Shown one piece after another: positions 1 through 12,100 of a stretch of 64,000 nucleotides of DNA (its first letter is position 1; each line of letters opens with the position of its first letter). The stretch lies in NCBI GenBank assembly GCA_965112155.1, contig OZ218105.1; one strand, written 5' to 3'. The notes beneath the pieces were generated by a model. It saw nothing but the letters and a program-made list of their open reading frames with translations. It was not told where the DNA came from and made no database searches. The translations under genes were made by a program, and so were the position numbers. This stretch comes from Podarcis liolepis (lineage: Eukaryota).

Positions 1-1055
1 ACCCTAACATTTTTCCAAGCCTGATTCTGGTAGTGGGTGAGGCTGAGTATTCCCCGCCTCTCTCTGTGGGTGGTGTTTGTATGTGTGCATTTGCTCTCTG
101 CCTGTTCTGGCCACACCCAGTTGTGTTCTGGTTCTGCCACGGCAGGCATTTGACCTTCAAAAAGTTGGCTGCAAGGGGACATGACCTTCTTGCTGCAGGG
201 GGTTCCCCACTTCTGCTGTATAGCTAATGTTCAAGTTGAGGCTGAGGGAGAAGTAACTTGCCAATGCTCCATGATAATTTAATGACAGAAGTTGGGCTTG
301 AACAACAGTCTGTAGAGAATACTGAATATTTTAGCTTTCCTAATAATATGCTATTATTTTCCTTAAAAGTTTTGCAAGGCTACATTTAATTAATGAATGC
401 CAACTATAAAAATCCTATCCTGTGTATTTTCTTCCAAATATAGAGTCTGTTGACAAAACAAAGCAGCTTTTTCTACTCAAAGATCCAAACTCTCTATAAT
501 AAGCTTGATTTGACTAATTGGGAATAGTGAGTGATGTTGAAGTAATGAGAAACATGATCTGTGGAAAGTTTCCCCCTTCCTATGGTTTTAATTTTTTTGG
601 AATCTAAGAGTACAGTCTGTTTTTTTCTGCTATGAATCAACAGACTTGCCATTCTGAACTTCAGTACCTCAGAAAGAATTTCCATAGCACTGCCTATTAA
701 ATTCATTGAAGTAAAAAGACAACTTGTGTATTTAATGTTTCTGATTCAATTCAGTGTCATTGTTGAGTGACCTGGTCCCATCCTCTTGTTTTTCATAACA
801 ACAATCAGTTGTCACTTGAACGCTTCGTAACATGGCAATAATTTTGTAGCAAATTGTACATCCCAGACATCAAATAGTAAAAATTATAGTTCACATACAT
901 TCTAGAAAAAAAGGATTGTTATCTAGAGAACACTTTTTTAAAAATACTTTCATGGGAGAATTTACCAATAATGTTGTTATAAAAACAGTTTGGGGGGGGA
1001 GCTTTAATGTGTTTCTCTGTTTAGAAATTAATACACTGTCTGTCTCACTTTTCAG

Positions 1056-1196
1056 GAAGTATGCAAAAGCAGAAACACTTATGACAGTCACAGACCCTGT
1101 GCATGATATTGCATTTGCTCCAAACCTGGGAAGGTCCTTCCATATATTGGCTGTAGCTACCAAAGATGTGCGAATTTTCACATTAAAACCACTAAG
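1056..1196 (+). CDS. SEH1L: SEH1L internal exon (WD40 repeat)
   Basis: ttttcag| ... |gtgagt; [46 protein letters not shown]. Confidence 0.96.
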
Positions 1197-4100
1197 GTGA
1201 GTTTTTGACATGCATATCCTATAATGTGGAAGCAGATATTTGGTATTTTCTTTCTCTCAACTATTGAACTAATTGTCCTCATGGTTAAGAACCTTGTAAG
1301 CTTATTCAATATTCAGTACAGTAATCCTTTTTTTAAAGCAGCACACAAAAAAGGGCAAAACATTGTTTACTTTCTGTAATTAAAAGAATGGATGTATTTT
1401 AAGCAGATCAAACTCCAATATACAATTTTGCTTTCAACAGAAAGGAACTGACTTCTTCATCAGGCCTGACAAAATTTGAGGTCCAGTTAGTGGCTCAGTT
1501 TGACAACCACAATTCTCAGGTCTGGCGTGTAAGTTGGAACATTACAGGCACAGTGCTTGCATCTTCAGGAGACGATGGGTGTGTAAGGCTTTGGAAAGGT
1601 AAGCGTTCCTTCAGAATTCTCTGTGTGATTAAATGTTGAATTATTAGAAGACTATGGCTTCAGTCTTAAGCATACATAGTATTAACCTGCTTAGCACTGG
1701 CTACAGTTAGATTTTTAAAAATACAATGTGTTTTAGGAGCTATATCATTAGTTATACTATTTTAACTGTCATAAAAATCTCTTTCTCAAGTCACAATTGC
1801 ATTTTTTTTTTTGTTCATTCCCACCCTGCAGCTAACTACATGGACAACTGGAAGTGTACTGGAATTTTGAAAGGTAATGGGAGTCCAGTCAATGCTAGTT
1901 CCGCTCAGCAGGGAGTTTTTAATGCTCCTTTAGGCACAGCCAATTCAAGCCTCCAGAATTCAGTAAACGGAACATCTGCTGGCAGGTATGCCACTTCGTA
2001 TGTAAATTCTGCAATTTAAAAACTCTTTGTTTTGTCAACACCCACCATTAATCTCCCTAAAATCTTAAGCATCATTTTGGCTTTCATATGCATCATTATT
2101 AGTAACTTTTATATCAATAGCTTGCAGATTCAGTTGTCCTAGTCTTATCTGCAGTGTCCTGTATGCAACAGATAAAATATTATAAAGAAAAACTTTCTTC
2201 TAGTTACAGTTCACATACTTCAAATGCTGAGTTCACCCGAGGTTTTGAAGACCATGCCATTAGCTCTTTTATTTTCCTACTTGCAGTACTGTGTATGCCT
2301 TTTGTTGCCCTATAATACCTTGACCACTCATTATCCTACTGTCTCTCAACTGAGGTCTCTTTGACTTCAGCCTCCTGTGCTGCTCTCCTACTTCCTGAAA
2401 CTCCTTGGGAACACGACCCTCTTCCAATCCTGTTCTGCAGTAGCTCTAGGCAACCACTTTTTAAAATTAGCTTTCAACACAAGAGTCTATTTTTGGCCTA
2501 TACTCACAAACTTGATTCTGAAAGGAACCATTGTTGAGGGATCAACTTTTTGTATAGGATTGCCTCGGGCACAATTCAGACTATATGCTGTAGATTTATG
2601 TTTTCCACACTTGTGCCCACAAATACGAGTGCTAGAAAGGCAGCAATCTATAAAATTAAAGTGGTCATGTCTTCAAATCTGTTCAGTTAAATGGGGTTCT
2701 TGTGTTTCCATTTCTCCCTTATAATCTCAGAGTTACATTTCAGAGGAAAATTTTGTATTCCAGGGCACAAATTTGGAGTCAGAAATAGTAAAGCTTTAAT
2801 AATGAGATATACTTGCTGTTGTGGGGTGGAAAAACCCTTTTGAAGCATATCATATTTGAAAATGGGGCTGAACTCAGACATATTGTATTGCCCTGATGAT
2901 TCTATATAAACAGAAATGTAAATGCTGAGTTTTAGAAGCAGGCTGATACAATAGAATATTGTTATTATGGCTCAGCATTCTGGAACTTTTGTTAGTAACA
3001 CTACTAGTAACACTACTAACACTTTTGGAGATCAATGTCACAAACACCCTATGCTTAACAAGGGAATAATTAAAATTGTTTTGAGAAGTGATTGAAAAGA
3101 TTAAAATTTAATAAACCTACCAAATACTGTTCCACAGTATTCTTATTGTGCTTATAACCATATGTGTCTAAAATTGTGATGCATTTTCCCTTCTCCATTT
3201 GTATTATGTCCTTTTTAACAGAAAGCACAGCTGAACCCAAGCTAACTGGAGTAACTTTGCTGTTTTGCTGCTTGTTGCATGCACACAGGAATGGAAAGCG
3301 AACTCCTTTTCCCCCTCCCCAGCGCCGTTTGACCTCTTCCCAAGACACCAGCAGTCTGCCTACTACTAAAAGCAAATCAAAAGGCTCTATTAAAAAACAC
3401 TGTATGCGTACTTTGCTAGCCAGCACAGTATGACCTTGTTGGAATCTGTGGGGGAAAAAACAGTAACAGGGAGAGTTTTCTTGTGGAGACACTTCTCTTT
3501 CTCTTCAGAAAAAGATTTTTTTATATAAATCAGAGTGGGGGAAGTTTACCCAAGTAACAAGGATTACCATCCTTTATATTTGAGGTGTTGGGCGGGGAAA
3601 GTATTAGTGTGAAGCCTTGGTAATCAGTTGGTTTTCATTTAAATTGCTTTGAATAATTGATTTTGTTCTACATTTTGTTCAGATGAGTCTTAACCATTAC
3701 ATTTTTGTTAATGGATTTGCAATGTGCAAATTTAACTAAGCATTGTTGTACCTTGACAGTTGTACAGTTAGTATCTTAATTTGGAATTGCTTCACAATTA
3801 ATTAAATACTATTTCAGAGTAAACAAAAAAAAAAATCACCAGAAGCCCCCACACTAATTAATGTCATACTTTTAGTGAGAATGATCTTACCTGATAGTTG
3901 CATGTTCCTGTGGCATGATTCCATGGAATAATTAGCAAGACTTCCTTTGGTCACAATATTGTAGTGGAGAACCATATCCATATGAATGTTTGTCATGTGG
4001 CATTGACAAGTTGCTCTGGAATTATTGTCCATTGCCTTCAAGATGCTTCATGCATTACATAGTGAGGACACACACTGCTTCTGTGCAATTGAGTTACTGC

Positions 4101-5134
4101 TCTGGAACAGACTGAAGCAGTGTCCTATTGCAAACATTCATCAGGACATGGCAAGAAAATGCCTTGTTTTATATAGCGGCATGTCAATGTAGCTCTAAAT
4201 ATGTCCTGTCTCCAGATTCTACTAACTTTGCCATTCTGTTCTGTAAATTTGTCTACATTTCCAAAGATTGTAAAGATTACAAAGTGGTGTCTTTAATATT
4301 ACGGGTAAGTCATAAAAAGTGACATGTAATAGTTCTTTAAGCCTTTAATTTACCAGATGTATTTGGTTTTATCCTCCATTTTCTCCAGAATTATGTATAT
4401 ATGCACCCAGACTGTATTTCAGTGGAAAAGGAGTCACTTATTGTATATTGTGGAAATCTAAGCACTGTAAAAACAGGGTTTTTTTCACATCTGTCCTATA
4501 AAATCTGCATTAAAGTTAATGTGGATGCAAATACAGCATAAATATATCTGCATAATTAATGTGTGCCTGTTTTTCTGCAAGTGTTTACTAAAAACATTGA
4601 GTTACATGGTATTAAGGAGAGAGCAAACGTGTTGATAGTTAGGAACTCATTTAATTTACAGATAATTTATTATTTTGCAAAATGCACATAAGGCATATCT
4701 TAATTTAGAGATATTGTATTCGAACCAAATAGTTTCCAGACTGCCATAACCATTTTTGTTTTGATTGCGAACATGATTTTGGCCATTATATTTTATTTTT
4801 GGCATGGATTTACTAAAGCCTTCACCCCCTCCCCCCAGCATGTCTTTTCTCTTCCCCTTTGGTTCTCCTCATATTTACTACTATTCTCTTTTTTCTTGTT
4901 TTTCCTTTTTTCTTTTTTGGTGTTCCTGTCTTCATTGTTTTCAGGTATTTCTTTCCCCCTCTGGATTCCCCACGGGCTGGATCAAGATGGTCCAGTTATG
5001 CCCAGCTCCTACCTCCTGCTCCTCTGATAGAGCACTCTTGCGATGCTGCCACTGCCAATCTCCAGTATCCTCACCCTCGCAGACGATATATCTCTCGACC
5101 TCTTAACCTTTTACGGGAACATGAAGGGGTTTAA
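1056..5134 (+). CDS. SEH1L: SEH1L (nucleoporin Seh1, Nup107-160/GATOR2 WD40 protein), 3' part; join(1056..1196,1441..1598,1832..1985, then 3222..3234 [short isoform] or 4945..5134 [long isoform]); 5' exons lie upstream of the window
   Basis: Spliced translation [120 protein letters not shown]...SAG matches the recalled vertebrate SEH1L C-terminus; canonical AG/GT sites; phases consistent. Confidence 0.97.
1441..1598 (+). CDS. SEH1L: SEH1L internal exon (last WD40 repeat)
   Basis: ttcaacag| ... |gtaagc; [52 protein letters not shown]. Confidence 0.96.
1832..1985 (+). CDS. SEH1L: SEH1L penultimate exon
   Basis: ccctgcag| ... |gtatgc; [50 protein letters not shown]. Confidence 0.95.
3222..3234 (+). 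CDS. SEH1L: SEH1L short-isoform terminal coding segment (R-K-H-S-stop)
   Basis: ctttttaacag|A AAG CAC AGC TGA gives ...AGRKHS*, the recalled C-terminus of the short mammalian isoform. Confidence 0.9.
4945..5134 (+). CDS. SEH1L: SEH1L long-isoform terminal coding segment
   Basis: Long pyrimidine tract, then ttttcag|G TAT TTC...; [63 protein letters not shown], close to the recalled human long isoform. Confidence 0.93.
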
Positions 5135-5482
5135 TGCACATTTAAAACTGTATTAAGGGCCTCAATCAGATGCTTGTAAAATGCTTGCGTTTCTGTCTGC
5201 TTATTATTATTTTGCATACTTTCTCCCTCCAGAATTCACTGTGCTAGCGCTTATGCACCAAATGCTAGCTCTGCTATCCAATCCATTTTCAACCATGATG
5301 AAACAAAAAAGCAGTATTAGGTGTGGGTCATACACAACAGATAAGTTCAAAGTGCTTGTTCCACCATTTTTTTATTTTTATTTTTTTTGTATTCAATCTA
5401 CTGTGCTATTTTCATTTTAATAGATTTTGTTTGTATCCTGCATTGTTTTTGGAAATGTGTCCTTAAAACTAAATAGAACTTG

Positions 5483-5735
5483 AATAAAACTGTTCTACTG
5501 TGTGGAGGGGGGGGGGATCTTAATCTCCAGCATCAAACTTCTAAGTGACAAGATTCTTGAGGCTTTTTCCAGCCCTGGACATTGGTACTGAAATAGAATG
5601 CTAAAGTAAAAATGCAGTATTTGTGCATTCTGCAGCAATATAGAATTGGTAGTGTGTTTAGTCACTTGCAAACATTTTCACTTTCTTGCATAAAAATATT
5701 TACACTATGTTGTTTTATAATTTTAGGTTAATAAA
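5483..5735 (+). terminator. SEH1L polyadenylation signals (AATAAA at 5483 and 5730)
   Basis: Both AATAAA are followed by GT/T-rich downstream sequence. Confidence 0.6.
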
Positions 5736-5940
5736 AAAAATGAAAATTGTGTTGTGTGGTGGTTTTATTTAAGTTGTACTTATTTCTAAATGTATAAAAG
5801 TGAATATTGGGGAGGGGGAGCTGTCAGACTTCACCTATGACCATAGGTTTATGCTGTGCACCTTGACCTGTTCTGTTTCTAGCCTTAGCCACCTTGGGTA
5901 TAGCATGTGGCATCTGAAATAATATCATCCACAGAGAGAG

Positions 5941-6006
5941 GTAACATAATTTGTAGAGCATGAGACTCTTAATATCAGGGTCATGGGTTTGAACCTACAG
6001 TGGGCA
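5941..6006 (+). pseudogene. Degenerate tRNA-Lys(CTT)-derived sequence (SINE head or tRNA pseudogene)
   Basis: GTAGAGCATGAGACTCTTAATATCAGGGTCATGGGTTTGAACC...TGGGC aligns with tRNA-Lys CTT, but the acceptor stem, D arm and B box are decayed. Confidence 0.7.
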
Positions 6007-6959
6007 GTAAACAACAATAGCGCACTGCAGACTTTTCTCTAGGTTGATTATATTGAATGTTTCTTGTAGAAATGTTTTCAGGTAAAGTAGAAATATGAAA
6101 GAATTGCCCAATTTGCCTTGGTGCAAAAATACAACTCGTCCTGCAGTCTTCACAATGTCTGTCCAGAAGTAAGTCTGAGGTAAAGGGTAAGGATTGCAGC
6201 TTTGGATGCAGCTAAGCAGTAATATTACCATGTGGCAAAATCCTATGCTGCTGCTGCTATTTTGGTGATCACTCGAAGCTGATAAGGTAAGATTGTCTTT
6301 CATGAACACGGTCTTAATAGTGAGTCCACCAGCGACTCAAAAGTCCCACTGTGTGCTGTGGGCAGAATGTTGTTTGATTTCTACATAAATCTGCATAAAA
6401 TTATGCTTCCAATACCATGGTCATCAAAGAACATCCAGTATAATTGCCTTAAAAGCTCTGCCCTCTTTCTTGGATAGGGTTGGTGTGTTCAAAGAACTGT
6501 CTTGAGTAATCCCAAAAGGCTTCATATGACCTCAGTGATTTTTTATAAAAATAATTAGTTTAAGCAGCTGATTCTCTTCCCATGCCACACTTTCTGTCAT
6601 GAGGCTCATTTACAGCAATCCTTACTGAACTATTCCAATTACTGTAATTCAGAACGGAACTGCAGGAGACATTTCAGCGGGTGGTCTTGAACAAATAATT
6701 CTCGGCATCACCTAATATTTTTATTTATTAGATTTATATACCACCCTTCATAAGATCTCAGGGCCGCTGACAGAATAAAATAAAGGATAAAACAAATAAA
6801 ACAGCAAATCAATACCCCCCCTTCCTATTGGCAGGATAAATTGAGAGTAAGCCTGTCGCCTTTGATTTTACGCTTTGTGACCTTATGTATATAATATAGT
6901 GTATAAAAATAATAACTACAGCACCGGGAAACTCTCAGGTGCTTTTGTAAATAAAATAA

Positions 6960-7900
6960 CAAGTAAGCAGACTCGCAGCGAGATCGTTATCGGTCACCTC
7001 CGCAAACCCCACCAGCTCTCTTTCCCGGACTGTTTGAAAGTAGCGTGTCACCGCCCTTTCGTCCAATCAGAGAAGCGCTACACTTTCCCTTCGTTCTGTT
7101 CTCGTAAACCAATAGAATTCGCATGTGTTTCCTCCCCGATCCCGCCCTCCGCCTCCCCCCCCCACCCCGCCCCGCCCGCCGAAATCCAAAAGCGAGTTTC
7201 CTAGGCGCCAGGTAAGGGGCGTGCGCGTGCGCACTTACAAGCAAATAGAGGAGGGGGGCGTTTCTCTTTCCCCCTCCCTCTTCCAGAGTTCGACGCTTCT
7301 TGGGGTTGCCGTGACGTTTCCGAACGGTGTCCTCGCGCATCAATGCGCGTGCCCGGAGGCGCCCGAGAGCTGCCGTTCCAGCGCTCGCTTTTGCTTTGGG
7401 TGAGCGGTTTGGGAGCGGGGGTTGGGTGGTGTGTTTTTTTGAGGGGGGGGCATGTTTTTCTCAGTCGGAAGCGGCCGTTTTAGGTCGTTTTAGGGGCGGT
7501 TTCCATTCTCTCTTGCTTCCCGCTTCCCCTCCCTCCTGTGTCGGCGCCTAAAGCGAGTGTCGGCGAAGCTTTTTTTGGCGGGTGTCCCGAGAAGAGAGGA
7601 CGGAGGGGCGGGAGCCCGTTTCTGGGGGAAAAAGGCGCGCCCCTTTGCTTCCCTTCACTTCAGCCCAGCGCCGTCCTTAGCAGGAAAAACGCTAGAAATC
7701 GGCGCCCTCCACGTGTGCCTGGCGCAGTTATTTATATTCCGCGGTGGGGACAGAGTTCCTCTTCCTTTCCTCCTCCTGCTCTGCCTCGGAAGTGTTCATA
7801 CTCCTTTCCTATAAGTTGCCCATAAGAAGGTCGATAACGGGGCAAAGCTGAGCCACATCTCGGCGCCGCAGCAAACCGTGAATGAATGCTTTGTTGGACG
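6960..7900 (+). promoter_or_regulatory. CEP192: CEP192 CpG-island promoter with non-coding first exon(s)
   Basis: CpG-rich; TTTCCCGG-4nt-TTTGAA (CDE/CHR, 7021-7038); CCAAT at 7063 and 7109; GC boxes 7141-7180; NRF1 site 7222-7233; candidate donors CAG|GTAAGG (7211) and TGG|GTGAGC (7399). Confidence 0.85.
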
Positions 7901-8979
7901 GTGTCAGGGAGTGTTTCTGAGCATGTGTAGAGGGCTGCTCCGGCACCGTGCCCCTGCTGGTCCTTCTGAGCTAATGTGCTATGGAAGACTACTTTGAAGC
8001 TAGCAACACTGAGCCATATGGCTCCCGAACAGTTGCAGAAAAGAGCCCTTTTCTTTTAAAAAGTAATTCCTGTAAATTCAACAAGGCAGTTAATTGCTAC
8101 TTTTGTCGCAAAAGAAATGGTCTTAATTTGTCTTGCAGATTTGTGAAGTACTTGCCTTGGTGTGAAAAAATATATTTGGAGATGACCAAAACTTAGTTGT
8201 GATTCAGAATTATTTTGTACGCAGGAGAGTTGATGGTGCTTCTCACATTCCCCCACTCCCATAGTAAAGGTTTTGGTTGAAAGAGCATTAATGAAAAATT
8301 GAGTACGTACACCATTCTCTCTGCTGTACCCCACTTCAGGTGCTGGCAGCCTCTAGAAACAGCAATAAACTCATGCCAATCGGCTTAAACAGCTAAATAT
8401 AGCACCTGCACTGTGTGTAGTCAGCAATCTAATGAGCTGTGTTCCTGAAAAGAATTTATTTTGTTAAATGATTGACAACCTGCATGTGTGTTTTGGTGCT
8501 AACTTGATTTTGAAAATAAAAATACAGTAAAAGTTGCGTTTTGCAATTGTGATTGATGTAACTCTAATCTTGGACTGCTCTGGCATTTTGCTTTCAAAGA
8601 GCTTGTACCTGTTCCAGTCCTTCAAATGTGTGTTCCTTTTGTGTTTGGAATTTCTAGAGCGTATTGTGAAAGAATTTACTCAGTGTCTGTCTTTGTGGAA
8701 GATGTAGGGATACTGTGCTACGCCTGTGTCGGCAGTCATAGCAAAGTCAAACAACTGCACAGCTTTTCAGTTTTGTTTCTCAGTTATTGAGTTCCTGTAG
8801 CAATTTAGGAGCTTGATGACAGGTCAGTCTCTGACTGCACACTTACCGTCTAGGAAACAAAGATTAGAAAATGTGATTTAAAAGTACTGATAAAATAGAA
8901 CATTTCTTGAATATTATCTTGCTGCCTATGTGTAACCTCTCTCTCTTACCCTTTAGGGCAGCTATGAGAAGACAGTATA

Positions 8980-9146
8980 ATGGAAGACTTCAAATGTATT
9001 GCAGATGAGACGTTTCCAAGTGTTTTGCTCAACTCTGTAGCTGGCTGCACCAGTGACATTTTTGACAATATCACAATTTCATCAACTCTTGGCATACCAG
9101 TTGCTGCTTCAACTGAAGCCAGACGGAAAACTGGCTCTCATGACGG
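8980..9146 (+). CDS. CEP192: CEP192 coding exon 1 (acceptor at 8957)
   Basis: ctttag| ... ATG 8980 ... |gtaaga; MEDFKCIADETFPSVLLNS...LGIPVAASTEARRK. Confidence 0.93.
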
Positions 9147-12100
9147 GTAAGACATTTGTTAGTTCATGACTAGAAATTCATAGGTGAGTGTAGGGAAGAA
9201 TGTGTTGACTGAAGGATTGCTCATGGCTGGTAATTTCTAAATCTAAAACTGTTTCCAGGCATGGCTTTCTACTTCCATCAGTGTATGATTCATGATAAAA
9301 ATAGAATCTAGATAATTGGAAATCTTACATAAAGTTTGTTGAAATGGAATTCAGCAAGCTCATCATTATGTGCTGAACTGTCAGACATTGTGTAGTAACT
9401 TGGAGGCAAGTAAAGCAGGTACTGGCAAGGGGCTGTTTGATGACTGCTTCCTCTCCTCCCAAGTGGTGAGATCTGGAGCAGGTCCCAGACATATTAGCAT
9501 ATTATCTCAGTCACCCTCTTGTGTGTAGAGGTGAATACCTGAATCCCTAGATATTAAAGCCATTTTTGCTAGTAGCTGTAATATACAGGGTTGAGTAACA
9601 GTAGCTGCTCTTGAGGCAGTTAGGTGGAGGCTACTAGTAACTGCTGCTGACCACTGCTTTATGGGGATGGAGACTCCAGTACCCTTTCCGGGTGGAGTTG
9701 TGAAGCAGCTTGGGGGCTGCTGGCTTATCACTATGAAGACTAGTAGTTGTTCCTAGCAATGGGCATTGACATCAGCAGTATCATTTAGTGAGCCACCTCA
9801 TAAGCTGCTATTATTAGGCAAGATGCTCAAAGCTGAAGACCATGGTGGGGAGAGGGGAAGCAAGTATGTTCCTTTTTCAAAAGAAGAAGAAGAAAAAGAC
9901 TGTTCTAACTATGAAACACTAAGGATTGGAGTACCTTCCTCATTTGATTTTACCTTGGATTACTACTGGAGACAAATTTATTGTGTGGTTAATGTGAGGA
10001 GGTAGTGCCACATCATAAGACATTCCTGATCACTGAAACGGTCTTCTAAACAACAGAGCTGAGAACTTGCAAAATAATGGTTTTGTTTTCTTTGTATTGC
10101 AGACAATATGATGAAGTGTCTTACATGGACAATAGATTCCCTGCTCCATTAGCATCTTCCTGTAGTGGTGAATCTGATTCTGATCCAAGAAAGACTCTTA
10201 ACTTTCAGGATACTGTGTAAGAAGTAGATTACATAATTTAATGTTACATCTTGTGTTGGATCCAAAGATACATTTCTGCTCACAGAATACTTACAGATTA
10301 GAACTTTTTGATTCAACTTAAAAATAACTTTCAAGACATATTCTCTGACAAGTAGGTTTCATGAATGCCTGATTTAAGTGTTGCTGCATATCTTATCACT
10401 ATTAATAGCAGAGATGGGGTGTAATTTCATTATCTCTCTTTTGGCAACAGAAAAAAAAACATTCCTCTTCTTCCAGCCTTCAGCTAATTAAAGAACCTAT
10501 GGTCTTTTTAACTCTGTTTTTGTTTTGTTATTTGTTATGTATTTTTGTGTTTTTTTTTACTGTAAACTGCCCTGTGATCCCCAGATGAAAAGCGGTATAT
10601 AAATTTAATAATAAAAATAAAAATACTATAGTCCCTGAATGTTGGACCTAAACTTTCATAATCCCTGACTGTTGGTCTTGCTGATGAGAGTTGCAGTCCA
10701 ACATCTGAAGGTCCAGAGGTTCATTCCTGTTCTAGACTGCTAAGACCATGAAATATACTCCTTATGTTTTAAATCCTAAAATGTATGTTAAGATTAACCT
10801 ATGGATAGTAATGAAAGCCCAACTTGGTTGTTCCTTAGACTAATTTCTGTGGCATGTGAAGTTGTCTCACAAGAGAACCTGTGGTCAGATTGTATCTAGC
10901 AAACTCACCCACTCAATGCCACTTATGACTCTAGAAGCAAATCTTATGTACTCCCTATTAAGTTCTATCTTTTGCTTGCATGGTGTATATCATTTTTTTC
11001 CACATTATGACCTGTTCAAGGAACATAAGTTTCTTGTTAAAAATGTTTAGGTAGATGCTGCTAATAAACCTAGCTGGGGTGTGGTGGTTGTTTTTTTTTT
11101 GTGTTGAAGTAGGTAACTACTTCCTGGTTTAGCTTGTTAAAAAGTACCTGTAAGATCCTAATATGTTTTTCAGATTTTAGGCTTAGTTAACTTTTTCATT
11201 TAAGTTAGTCTAATATTGATATTACCAGTTGAGACGCACTAGAAAATCTTTATATGTTGCTGGAAAGCTAAACTCGCCTCCTGTCTCAGAATGATCCTGG
11301 GAAATAAAACTTTTATTCAAACATACCTACTATGTTGGAGCTAGAAGGAAAACACATGAGAATAGGTTTATGGAAAGATGTACTTTGTAAAATTTTGGAA
11401 CAACAAGCTATAGGCTAATTTGCAAACTTAACTATAAAAATATTTATACATGTTAAACACAAATTAAATTTGAGTTGGAAACTTATTAAGAATTGACAGT
11501 GACTGTATATGTTTTATAAACATGCCTTTTATTATAAATATTATATTTTTAAATAAAATGCAGCAGGTTGCAGCTTCCTTCCTACAATATCCAGGGTGTG
11601 ATCCAATCTACAAGATACCACTAGGGAAATTATTCTGAAATATATAGCTTAGTGTGGTTCAGCTAAACAATGCAGGTGGAGCTGTCTGACATTAAGTATA
11701 TAAAACTACTAAGTAGTTGTAAAATTGAGATTAAAACCTTCATTTTAACTTTCTCAGGGAATGCTGTAATAAAGCTGCAGACAATCAGTTGGAGTCAAGC
11801 CAGGAAGAGTCTAATGTTTTGCAGCAAAAGCACCAGCATTTTTCTAATGAATGCTCTGGGAACCAGTGGCATTCTTTGCATGAGAGGCTTTCACTTCAAC
11901 ACTTGGAAGGTAGGCAGTTTTCACAGTGTCTGTAGGAATACTATTAAGCATTATACAATGTATTCTGAAGTTCTGCTAAGTGTGGTATCCTCATTTGTGA
12001 TACCTCAAGTGTAATATAGCTTTCCCGCTAATAGTCACCCACTTGAGTTTCCCATCAGTTTGGAAATGAACTGGAGCTACCAAAAATAAGGTAGTAGCTG

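Noticed and set aside
3164-3433. 89-aa ORF overlapping the RKHS exon
   Set aside because: Different frame, starts inside the intron, no recognisable homology.
5941-6006. Functional tRNA-Lys gene
   Set aside because: The acceptor stem and D arm are broken and the B box is mutated; treated as a SINE head or pseudogene.
6275-6540. Possible old LINE fragment in the SEH1L-CEP192 spacer
   Set aside because: Too degenerate to assign a family or boundaries by eye.
6987-7825. ORFs across the CpG island
   Set aside because: Promoter and first-intron GC artefacts with no homology.
7981-8196. ORF starting MEDYF..., superficially like the CEP192 N-terminus
   Set aside because: The similarity ends after three residues; the real MEDF...FPS start is at 8980.
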